Shown here: positions 7,435 through 14,817 of the stretch, piece after piece
Layout of the letters: every line of letters begins with the position of its first letter
Position numbering within the stretch: the stretch's first letter is position 1
Assembly: GCF_008801405.1 (NCBI RefSeq)
Contig: NZ_VZPV01000001.1
Location: 2,220,115 to 2,252,114, forward strand
Length of the DNA stretch: 32,000 nucleotides
Direction of reading: 5' to 3'
Source of the DNA: Ralstonia insidiosa
Lineage (GTDB): Bacteria > Pseudomonadota > Gammaproteobacteria > Burkholderiales > Burkholderiaceae
The notes under the pieces: model-generated
What the model was told of the DNA's origin: nothing
The model's input: only the letters and a program-made list of their open reading frames with translations
Database searches by the model: none
Program-made: the position numbers and the translations under genes

Positions 7435-9540
7435 CTAAAAATTCCAGACAATACCTGCACGCAGCGTGCGGGGCTCGGCCGGGTGGATGTGGTGGTCATT
7501 GATGCCTGTGGCCACGCCATTGGCATCCAGCGGTGATGCTTCGCCCTTGAGCAAAGAGGCATAGTAATAGTCGATGTCGTTCACTTTCTTGTTGAGCGCG
7601 TTCAGCACCTCAACAAACACGCGCACGTTCTTCTGCACCCGGTAGCCGAGCTTGAGGTTGACCAGGAACGACGATGCAGAACGTACGCTGTTGTCTTCCA
7701 CCAGCGGGCGTGGGCCGAAGTAACGCAGGCGCGCGCCCAGTGTCCAGCGTTCGTGCGCCCACGAGACGCCGGCCGATGCGGTGGTCTGGATGGCTTCGGG
7801 AATGTAGTCGCCTACCGGATTGCTGTCGCGAAAGCGGGCGCGCGAGAAAGCCGCATCCGCATCCAGGATCAGCTCCGGCAGCGGTGTGTAGTACGCGGCC
7901 AATTCCACGCCAGTGCGGCGGCTGGGCCGGCTTGGCTCAGTGGTGCCCGTGTCGCCCGAGAAGACAAGCTCGGAGCCAATGTCCAGCCGCCACAACGATG
8001 CGGAAAGCTGCAGGTTGGGTGCGAGCTCCCGCGTGCGCACGCCGATCTCGTAGCCGGTGGCGGGTACCAGCACTGACACCTTCTGCACAGGGTCTCCGCT
8101 CACGGGGTCGACGGTGGTGGTCGCGCCGCGCACGTCGTTGCTGTGATAACCCCGGCCCCAGTTCATGAACACATCGGTGCGCGCCGTGGGCGACAGCACC
8201 ACGCTTAGCTTGGGGCTGACGATGTGGTCAGACCCGCTGCCCGAATTGAGCGGGTTGCTGCTGGCCACGTTGTACCAAAACTGGTCTGCCCGCACGCCAG
8301 CAATGGTGCGTAACCACGGGAGCCACTGCGTGCTGTTGCGCAGGTAGAGCGCGGTGCTGGTTTCGTTCACGGTGTCGCTGCGCACCAGTGCGTAGGGCTG
8401 GCGTGCCTCCGTGTTGCTGAGGCTGATCGGGTCGAGCCGGTCAAACCGAGTTTGCGAGCCGAACTCGGTTTCGCTCTCGCGCCCTGCCAATGTCCCCAGC
8501 CACGTGCGTGACGCATTCACACCCGTGGTGACCCGGTTCTCGAACTGCTCGAACTGGTCTCCCTGCACGGGGTTGTTGAGCGCATAGGTGAAGTCGGAGA
8601 ACAGCTGCAATCGGCTCTTGATGACGTACGCATTGGCCTTGAGCTGTCCGTCGGCTAGGGGGCGCAACCAGTCGACCGACAGGCTGTAGCGCGAGGCGGC
8701 CCCACCATCGGTCGGGTCGATGGCGCCAAAGCGCGAGATGAGTCCTTCGTTGATGGCGCGCAGCGGCACTTGGTCGGTCGACTGCCACGCGTTCTTGTAC
8801 GCCATGCCGGTGATGCTTACACGCTCGCCGCCGCCCAGCGGTACGGTGTAGCGCAGCACACCGTTGAGCTTGTGCACGCCCTCGGGCACCGTCCACGGGC
8901 CGTTCTCGCCCAGCCACTCGAAGCCGTAAAGCAGCGTGCCGGGGCCGACGGTGTTGGCGTTGGCCAGCAGGCCGCGCCGGTAGTTGTGCTCACCCAGTTC
9001 GAACTGCGCAATACCCTGCGGCAGGCGGTCGACATAGTCGATGCGTACCGCGCCGGCAGCGGAAAAGTCGCCTTCTTCCGCAAAGTAAGTGCCTTTCTTA
9101 TAGGCAATGCCGCTGACCAGCTCGGGGATGACGAAGTTGAGATCGGTGTAGCCCTGACCATGCGCGTTCGTGCGCATGTTGACCGGCATGCCGGCCACGG
9201 TGGTGGCCAGGTCTGTGCCGTGGTCGAGGTTGAAGCCGCGCAGGAAGTACTGGTTGGCTTTGCCGTCGCCGCTGTGCTGGGTGACGATCAGGCCTGGTAC
9301 CGTCTCCAGCAGTTCGCCCGGTCGCAGCAGGGGCCGGTTCTCCAGTTGGGCGCGCGGCACGTAGCCCTGGTTGGCCGCCTCACCCGTGGCCGCAGCGGTG
9401 GCTGCAGAGCCGCTGACGGTGGTGGCCTCCAATTGCACCTCGGGCTGTTGCACGCCGCCCGCATGGGCAGCACCTGAATGCACCAGGGCATAGCCCAGCC
9501 CCCACAGCGCTCCGATCGACCACGCCTGACTCGCACGCAT
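7435..9540 (-). CDS. TonB-dependent outer-membrane receptor (metallophore or metal uptake).
   Basis: 701 aa with a signal peptide ending AHA, plug-domain motifs (LLETVPGLIVTQHSGDGKANQYFLRGF), a long beta-barrel, and a C-terminal aromatic residue (...LRAGIVWNF). GGGAG RBS upstream. Confidence 0.9.
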   Translation of the reverse strand: MRASQAWSIGALWGLGYALVHSGAAHAGGVQQPEVQLEATTVSGSAATAAATGEAANQGYVPRAQLENRPLLRPGELLETVPGLIVTQHSGDGKANQYFLRGFNLDHGTDLATTVAGMPVNMRTNAHGQGYTDLNFVIPELVSGIAYKKGTYFAEEGDFSAAGAVRIDYVDRLPQGIAQFELGEHNYRRGLLANANTVGPGTLLYGFEWLGENGPWTVPEGVHKLNGVLRYTVPLGGGERVSITGMAYKNAWQSTDQVPLRAINEGLISRFGAIDPTDGGAASRYSLSVDWLRPLADGQLKANAYVIKSRLQLFSDFTYALNNPVQGDQFEQFENRVTTGVNASRTWLGTLAGRESETEFGSQTRFDRLDPISLSNTEARQPYALVRSDTVNETSTALYLRNSTQWLPWLRTIAGVRADQFWYNVASSNPLNSGSGSDHIVSPKLSVVLSPTARTDVFMNWGRGYHSNDVRGATTTVDPVSGDPVQKVSVLVPATGYEIGVRTRELAPNLQLSASLWRLDIGSELVFSGDTGTTEPSRPSRRTGVELAAYYTPLPELILDADAAFSRARFRDSNPVGDYIPEAIQTTASAGVSWAHERWTLGARLRYFGPRPLVEDNSVRSASSFLVNLKLGYRVQKNVRVFVEVLNALNKKVNDIDYYYASLLKGEASPLDANGVATGINDHHIHPAEPRTLRAGIVWNF

Positions 9541-9569
9541 CCACCCACTCCCTGACGCTTGATATTTGT

Positions 9570-9596
9570 GTATGAAGATTTATGCAAACTTCATAC
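9570..9596 (-). promoter_or_regulatory. NikR-type operator (GTATGA-N15-TCATAC) overlapping a putative promoter of the TonB-dependent receptor gene.
   Basis: Perfect inverted repeat GTATGAAG...CTTCATAC, 30-56 nt upstream of the receptor ATG and directly downstream of nikR. On the minus strand, TTGCAT (9606-9601), a 16-17 nt spacer and CATAAA/ATAAAT (about 9584-9578) put the -10 inside the operator. The E. coli nik operator as I remember it is GTATGA-N16-TCATAC. Confidence 0.7.
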
Positions 9597-9637
9597 CAAC
9601 ATGCAAGTTTGGCGTCACATGCTTGCCAGTGATGGGC

Positions 9638-10081
9638 TCAATGCGGGTGATGGTGGTGGTGCCCGTGGTCGTCCGGGGTGCCCGAGGTCATGATCAGGTT
9701 GAGCTGGCCTTGCTTGACGCCGCGCTCGCTGCTTATGGCATCGGCCAGACGGCGCACGGCACTGGCAGGCCCACGCAGGATGACGGTCTCGATGCAGTGC
9801 TCATCATCCAGATGCGCGTGCATGGTGGACACCGTCAGGCCGTGGTGGGCGTGCTGGATGCGCGTCAGCCGCTCAGCCAACTCACGCTCGTGGTGGTTGT
9901 AGATGTACGACAGGTTGGCCACGCAGGGGCCATCTTCGTTGTGCGATTCTCGCCAGCGGTCCAGGTGCACGCGCAGGAGGTCGCGTACCGCTTCCGAGCG
10001 GTTGGCGTAACCGTGCTCCGCCATCAGCCGGTCAAACTCGGCGGCCAGCGCATCGTCCAGAGAGATCGTGAAGCGTTCCAT
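9638..10081 (-). CDS. nikR: Nickel-responsive regulator NikR (ribbon-helix-helix plus ACT-like metal-binding domain) with a His-rich tail.
   Basis: 147 aa. MERFTISLDDALAAEFDRLMAEHGYANRSEAVRDLLR is the canonical NikR RHH N-terminus. It has conserved His/Cys in the C-domain (HHERELA..., HAHLDDEHCIE) and a DDHGHHHHHPH C-terminus. Confidence 0.9.
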   Translation of the reverse strand: MERFTISLDDALAAEFDRLMAEHGYANRSEAVRDLLRVHLDRWRESHNEDGPCVANLSYIYNHHERELAERLTRIQHAHHGLTVSTMHAHLDDEHCIETVILRGPASAVRRLADAISSERGVKQGQLNLIMTSGTPDDHGHHHHHPH

Positions 10082-10300
10082 AGTGGGGCATCAAGGCACC
10101 CGCTTTGTGCATTGCCCGGGGGTGGGCTAGGCAGGGCAGGCAAGTGGTTCGATTGTACTGAGCAGATACGCCCGCGCACGCGAGTGGAGTTCTTATGGGA
10201 GCTTGTACCGATCTATCGGGATAGTGGACTTTCAAAAGTCCATCACACATGATAACTATTCTTATCGCAATAGCTGCATTGAAGCACTAAACTGCCTTCT

Positions 10301-12001
10301 ATGAAAACGCGTCTGCTTCCCGTTCATCCCTCGGTCGACACCCCACCTGATTTCCCCGACACCGCCGAACTGGCGGCGCTGCGTGCCTGGCATGCTGGTT
10401 TGTCCACCCGCGAAGCCGTTGAGCGGTACCTGGGCGAGCGCCGGGTGCCAGGGCAGTCCTCGCGCAGCGTGCTCAGCCGCATCCGGCTCCAGCTCGCCAC
10501 GTTTGCGCGCCAGCGGCAGCGCGAGGACCTGGCGGTACTGTTTGAGATACCAGCGGCTGAGCGCGCCAAACAGGGCAGGGCGGCTGACCAGGCGATCGAA
10601 CTGCTTCGCACGCTGCCGCTGCCAGCCCCGCTGATCAGCGATGACGTGGAACGATGGCTGGACGCGCGCGCCGTCGCCGCACTGCGGGCCGTCGGCATCG
10701 ACACCCTGGCGGATCTGACCGTCCGCGTGCCGCGCCGGCGTCGTTGGTGGGCGGCCATTCCTGGGCTGGGGCAGGCTGGTGCGCGGCGGATCGAGGCGTT
10801 CTTTGCCGAACACCCGCGATTGACCGAGCGTGCCCGGGCGCTGATCGCTGCACAGGTCCGCGGTGTGGTGGTGCCCTGGGAGCAATTGCGGCTGCCGCAC
10901 GAAGTCGACGGCTCGCAAGGGCAATTCCGTGCGCCGCGCGCGACCTGCGTGCTCACTGCCGACAACGACTACGAGGCCGTCCAGGCCTGGCTTTCCCTAC
11001 ACGAATCCCCCGCAACCCAGCGGGCGTACCGCAAAGAAGCCGAGCGCTTGATGTTGTGGGCGATCGTCGAACGCGGTCGGCCGCTATCGTCACTGACCAC
11101 CGAGGATGCAATCGCCTACCGTGGCTTCCTGCGTCGACCAACGCCGCGAGAACGCTGGGTCGGGCCGGCACGCCCGCGCACATCCGTCGAGTGGCGGCCA
11201 TTCACGGACGGGTTGTCTGCGCGCTCGGTCGCCTACGCGTTGTCCGTGTTGGGGGCCATGTTCCGGTGGCTGATTCAGCAGCGCTACATGCTGGCCAACC
11301 CGTTCGCTGGCGTCAAGGTGCGCGGCGGCGGCAGGACTGCCGCGCTGGATGCCTCGCATGCATTTAGCGACGGCGAATGGGCGCTCGTGCGCACGATTGC
11401 CGACGGTTTGGAGTGGTCCTACGGCTGGGAAGCACCCGCCGCACAGCGGCTGCGTTTTGTATTGGATTTTGGCTATGCAACGGGCCTGCGGGCGAGCGAA
11501 CTCGTTTCTTCCAAGCTCGGTGACGTCGAAACGGATCGGCAGGGCGATCACTGGCTGAACCTGGTGGGGAAGGGGAGCCGCGCCGGCAAGGTCGCGCTGC
11601 CGCCGCTCGCGTGTTCGGCTATCGACCGCTACCTAGTAGAGCGCGGGCTGCCCGTCACGCGGTCGCGCTGGAACCCGAAGACGCCGCTGGTTGGTGGCTT
11701 GGGGTTGGATCCTGGCGGCGGGATTACGGGAACGCGGTTGTGGAGTGTGGTGCGGCGGTTTTTTGAGACCGCCGCCGATGTCATCGAGAACGACCATGCA
11801 GTAATGGCTGAGAAGCTACGCAAGGCCAGCCCACACTGGATGCGGCATACGCATGCCACTCACGCACTCGCGCGCGGTGCGGAACTGACCACCGTGCGGG
11901 ATAACCTGCGGCACGCGTCCATCTCGACGACGTCGATCTATCTGCATGGTGACGACGTGAAGCGGGCTCGGCAGATCAATGCGGCTTTTGCGGCAGAATG
12001 A
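10301..12001 (+). CDS. Tyrosine recombinase / phage-type integrase with a long (about 200 aa) N-terminal extension containing a helix-hairpin-helix-like segment.
   Basis: 566 aa. Catalytic region: ATGLRASEL (Arg I), HWMRHTHATHAL (H-x-x-R), LRHASISTTSIYLH (nucleophile Tyr). The N-terminal IPGLGQAGARRIEAFF is HhH-like. No clear SD at the ATG. Confidence 0.85.
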   Translation: MKTRLLPVHPSVDTPPDFPDTAELAALRAWHAGLSTREAVERYLGERRVPGQSSRSVLSRIRLQLATFARQRQREDLAVLFEIPAAERAKQGRAADQAIELLRTLPLPAPLISDDVERWLDARAVAALRAVGIDTLADLTVRVPRRRRWWAAIPGLGQAGARRIEAFFAEHPRLTERARALIAAQVRGVVVPWEQLRLPHEVDGSQGQFRAPRATCVLTADNDYEAVQAWLSLHESPATQRAYRKEAERLMLWAIVERGRPLSSLTTEDAIAYRGFLRRPTPRERWVGPARPRTSVEWRPFTDGLSARSVAYALSVLGAMFRWLIQQRYMLANPFAGVKVRGGGRTAALDASHAFSDGEWALVRTIADGLEWSYGWEAPAAQRLRFVLDFGYATGLRASELVSSKLGDVETDRQGDHWLNLVGKGSRAGKVALPPLACSAIDRYLVERGLPVTRSRWNPKTPLVGGLGLDPGGGITGTRLWSVVRRFFETAADVIENDHAVMAEKLRKASPHWMRHTHATHALARGAELTTVRDNLRHASISTTSIYLHGDDVKRARQINAAFAAE

Positions 12002-12051
12002 AATCAAGGCCGCAATGGCCCGAAAGCCATTACCAATGGAGTCCGACCGTT

Positions 12052-12441
12052 ATGAAGCCGACCTTCCAGGAGCGCCAAGAACTTAGAAGTCAGTTTGCCA
12101 ACGATGTCGACAGGATGGTGCTTTGCTTGCAAGCGACTGCCGTCACCGCCACAGATGATGAAGTCGTCCAGGCTTGGGCTGAGTACTCCGACGACAACCG
12201 TGCTGGTTGGCTAACTCTTCCAGAAAGTGATGAGACCTTACGCCAGCTTCTGATCAAGTATTTGACAATAACAAGGACACGACTCGTTTGGCGCGTCACC
12301 GGCGTCGAAGCAACGGACGGGACCGGCGATTTCATCGTCCCGCTGCCATCGGAACTGCTTGAACAGTTGGGGTGGCAAATCGGCGAGGAATTGGCGCTTG
12401 AACAAGTTGAACCCGGCACCGTGCGGTTGCGACGCACCTAG
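12052..12441 (+). CDS. Hypothetical protein with a C-terminal AbrB/MazE/SpoVT-like (swapped-hairpin) segment.
   Basis: The track ORF starts at 11998. The ATG at 12052 has GGAG upstream. The C-terminus DFIVPLPSELLEQLGWQIGEELALEQVEPGTVRLRR resembles SpoVT/AbrB antitoxin-like DNA-binding domains. GC is lower than the flanks. Confidence 0.5.
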   Translation: MKPTFQERQELRSQFANDVDRMVLCLQATAVTATDDEVVQAWAEYSDDNRAGWLTLPESDETLRQLLIKYLTITRTRLVWRVTGVEATDGTGDFIVPLPSELLEQLGWQIGEELALEQVEPGTVRLRRT

Positions 12442-12675
12442 GCAGTGTCTCCGCGGCGCGGGGAAGGTCAAAAGTGGTTACGGACAGTCTTAACAGAATC
12501 GTGTCCCTAAAGGAACTCAACGATATTGGGGCACGCAACGCAGGTACCAAATGGCACAAGCGGTCGAATCTGACATTACGACGTAGGGTTCCGTTGGAAA
12601 GTGGCGAATTTCGACCCATCTTTCCGTTGGAGCGGTGTGTTTGCGTCACATCTCGGCCCTGCCTTTTTACTACGA

Positions 12676-12703
12676 AACGCGTGTAATTTGCATTATGTTA
12701 AAT
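12676..12703 (+). repeat. dif-like site, prophage attL (AACGCGTGTAA-TTTGCA-TTATGTTAAAT).
   Basis: The last 11 nt are identical to the XerD arm of E. coli dif (TTATGTTAAAT). The XerC-arm position partly matches GGTGCGCATAA (6/11). The 17 nt at 12687-12703 are repeated exactly at 21888-21904. Confidence 0.7.
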
Positions 12704-12726
12704 CACGACGCAAATTGTGGGCGCGT

Positions 12727-12972
12727 CTACAACAGGCGCTGCGTGCAATCCAGGCACGCGCGGAACCGGCAACCGCGTGACCGGCAACACATCAGCAAGT
12801 CCAGCACCTCCCTCTTCGAAACGCCTGCATCGAGCAGGCGTTTTTTCTTCTTCTCGATCTTCCTGTAGTAGCGCCTACGCGGCGCGTCTTGGATGCCACG
12901 GCGCAGATGCCGGATGTGCCAATAAAGGTTCCGGATCTCGCGCGCCAGCGCCCGCTTTTCATCGTCAGACAC
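12727..12972 (-). CDS. Hypothetical 81-aa basic protein (uncertain).
   Basis: GTG start with AGGGG upstream and high GC3 (about 80% by my count). The helical basic sequence MSDDEKRALAREIRNLYWHIRHLRR... However, it runs antisense through the plus-strand terminator and the phage-form repressor tail. Confidence 0.35.
   Translation of the reverse strand: MSDDEKRALAREIRNLYWHIRHLRRGIQDAPRRRYYRKIEKKKKRLLDAGVSKREVLDLLMCCRSRGCRFRACLDCTQRLL
12820..12850 (+). terminator. Rho-independent terminator on the plus strand.
   Basis: AACGCCTGC-atcga-GCAGGCGTT followed by TTTTTTCTTCTTC. It lies about 40 nt after the TGA (12778-12780) that would end the repressor ORF in the circularised phage. Confidence 0.6.
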
Positions 12973-13020
12973 TTCGCCCCTGCGTGTTATCTTTACGCAA
13001 CACTAGCAATGGGGTGCGCG

Positions 13021-13518
13021 ATGCGCAACATCAACCTGTGGACGATTTTGATCTGCCTTGCCGGCGGCCTATACGTCTACGAGTACTACCCGCGAAACGG
13101 CGCCAAGATCGAAATTGCCATCCCGGCAGTCACCCATCAGGAACCGGCCGTAGCACCTGCACCTGAGCCGCCAAAGCCCGCACCAGTAGTCAACACACAG
13201 CCCACATACACGCCACCGCCACCAGCACCGGCGCAGCCACAGCAATCGGGCAGCATCGATCCGTGGACGGCCGAGCTAGCGCGCCAAGCTGACGCCCGCA
13301 TCGCACGCCAACGCGGCGAGTGGGCAGCGCAAGACCGGCAAGCCGCCCAGGTACAGGCAGCGCAAGCAAACGCCGCTGCAGCAACCTGCATCGGTCTACG
13401 GCAAGAGAAAGAGGGAATTTTGGCGAGCCAACGCCACGGTGGGACGGCTCAATGGATGAACTATCTGAACGACCGGTTCCACACCGTCTCAGACGCGCTG
13501 TATCGCAACCGCTGCTGA
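13021..13518 (+). CDS. Hypothetical membrane-anchored protein with a proline-rich linker (prophage accessory).
   Basis: Trimmed from the 12889 track start to the ATG at 13021: MRNINLWTILICLAGGLYVYEYY (N-terminal TM), then PAPEPPKPAPV...PPPPAPAQPQQ and a Gln/Ala-rich C-domain. Weak RBS. Confidence 0.5.
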   Translation: MRNINLWTILICLAGGLYVYEYYPRNGAKIEIAIPAVTHQEPAVAPAPEPPKPAPVVNTQPTYTPPPPAPAQPQQSGSIDPWTAELARQADARIARQRGEWAAQDRQAAQVQAAQANAAAATCIGLRQEKEGILASQRHGGTAQWMNYLNDRFHTVSDALYRNRC

Positions 13519-13771
13519 AAATCCCAGCTGGAGATCCACACGATGGTTTTTGAAGGCCCGCGCCAGGACTAGCTTTGCTGGCGATTTTTCCTGCAGGAGA
13601 AAAGCGGGCTTGCAAGAGAGGGGGTGTTTGGATGTGGGCAGCCTTGTATGTACCTACCTGGTCGTACCCGCTGCTCGGTCCCGCCAGCCGCACTGGCCGT
13701 GCGACAACCGCCAGAGATCCCGCCCACGCCCCACCTCTACCGCCTGGTCATGGGCGCGGACACTCCCGACG

Positions 13772-13975
13772 CTAGTCCATATCGATCACGTCATCGATCG
13801 AGTGCAACGAGATCACCAAGCGCAGGCGCGACACCCCACGCTCCTTCATCGCACGCTCTATCAACTCCTCAAGCGTCACCGACCAAGCATCAGAGCCCCA
13901 CGAGGTGTCAGCCAAAATCGAAAAGCGGTCAGGCACGCCACCAGGAACCTCGTTGATTCGCGTCAGATCCAGCAT
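13772..13975 (-). CDS. Hypothetical 67-aa acidic protein, third gene of the prophage accessory operon.
   Basis: The ATG lies 1 nt after the stop of the upstream ORF, with GAGG upstream. I recognise no family. Confidence 0.5.
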   Translation of the reverse strand: MLDLTRINEVPGGVPDRFSILADTSWGSDAWSVTLEELIERAMKERGVSRLRLVISLHSIDDVIDMD

Positions 13976-13976
13976 C

Positions 13977-14537
13977 TCAGCCTCGCAAGACTTTTTTCGT
14001 TACGCGCTTACGCGTAACAGGTTTGACAGCAACTTCACCACTGCCGACCTTGCCATAGACCTGCAGCAGCTCGATCTTGTAGTTATCAATCGCCGCACGA
14101 GCTGAGACCAGCTCACGCGCCAACTGCTCAATCTCCCGCTCAGCATCAACGTTCTTATCGAGCTGAACAGACAACTCGTAACGCACGCGAAACAACTCGT
14201 CGCAAACCTCAGCCAAATGATCGTTCTCACGGTCGCGCCCGTTCAAATAGCCTTCCAGCTCATCAATACGCTTACGAGCCTCCACCAGCTCAGCACGCAA
14301 CCATTCCACCTCGAGGCGGCACTCATCGTAGGCATCAACGTCGGAAAGCATTTCCGTTACAGTCATGCACTTAGTAACGGATTTAGCCTCAACCGGCTGC
14401 TGAGCCTTGCGACGAGCTCGAAACGCTGCCTGCCGCTCTGCATTGCTCATCGCGTGCGCCTTGCGCGGACGACCACGGCCACGCTTCTGCTCTACACCAG
14501 CCAGCTCGCCAGTCACGTTATCCGTTACGTCACGCAT
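13977..14537 (-). CDS. Hypothetical 186-aa protein with an AT-hook-like GRGRPRK motif and a long coiled-coil region.
   Basis: The track ORF extends to 14624. I trimmed it to the ATG at 14537 (MRDVTDNVTGELAG...), 1 nt after the upstream ORF stop. KRGRGRPRKAH is followed by heptad-like LRAELVEARKRIDELEGYL...EIEQLARELVSARAAIDNYKIELL. Confidence 0.6.
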   Translation of the reverse strand: MRDVTDNVTGELAGVEQKRGRGRPRKAHAMSNAERQAAFRARRKAQQPVEAKSVTKCMTVTEMLSDVDAYDECRLEVEWLRAELVEARKRIDELEGYLNGRDRENDHLAEVCDELFRVRYELSVQLDKNVDAEREIEQLARELVSARAAIDNYKIELLQVYGKVGSGEVAVKPVTRKRVTKKVLRG

Positions 14538-14538
14538 A

Positions 14539-14733
14539 TCAACCCCACACCTTGACTGCAACGACGCAGAGCACCAGAAGGCTCGCAACACCGCCCCACA
14601 GCGCAACCTTAAGGCGCAGCGCACGACGACGACAGTCCTCCAGGAACATCTCCCGAATCTCCGGGATCGCCATCAGCTCAGACTCCGTATAAACCGGCCC
14701 GGAAACAACGGAATTATTCGTTACGTCACGCAT
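14539..14733 (-). CDS. Hypothetical 64-aa protein with a C-terminal transmembrane helix, first gene of the accessory operon.
   Basis: GGGAGG RBS 5 nt upstream of the ATG. MRDVTNNSVV... shares its first residues and a 22-bp DNA stretch with the next ORF. C-terminal LWGGVASLLVLCVVAVKVWG. Confidence 0.6.
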   Translation of the reverse strand: MRDVTNNSVVSGPVYTESELMAIPEIREMFLEDCRRRALRLKVALWGGVASLLVLCVVAVKVWG

Positions 14734-14758
14734 ATTCGCCTCCCGATCTGATGAATCT

Positions 14759-14787
14759 ATTTTACGTTACTCGTAACGGATATTCAA
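14759..14787 (-). promoter_or_regulatory. Near-consensus sigma70 promoter (TTGAAT-N17-TAAAAT) with a CGTTAC-GA-GTAACG palindrome filling the spacer.
   Basis: The minus strand reads TTGAAT atccgttacgagtaacg TAAAAT, about 25 nt upstream of the 64-aa ORF ATG, in the AT-richer gap between that ORF and the zot stop. Confidence 0.55.
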
Positions 14788-14817
14788 TTACTGTTACACT
14801 TTTCCCCGTAACGAAAA

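Noticed and set aside
10082-10300. A search for a third dif-like copy or att repeat marking a left end for the integrase-bearing segment.
   Set aside because: I found no TTATGTTAAAT-like arm in either orientation and no repeat shared with 21905-21945. Only unrelated palindromes are present.
10324-10965. 213-aa and 220-aa minus-strand ORFs overlapping the integrase 5' region.
   Set aside because: They are antisense to the tyrosine recombinase N-terminal extension. They are Arg/Ser-rich low-complexity sequences with no start context.
12474-12686. 70-aa plus-strand ORF just left of attL.
   Set aside because: It has a weak start context and no recognisable features. It ends just inside the XerC-arm end of the dif-like site (which starts at 12676), and the region looks like non-coding att-flanking DNA.
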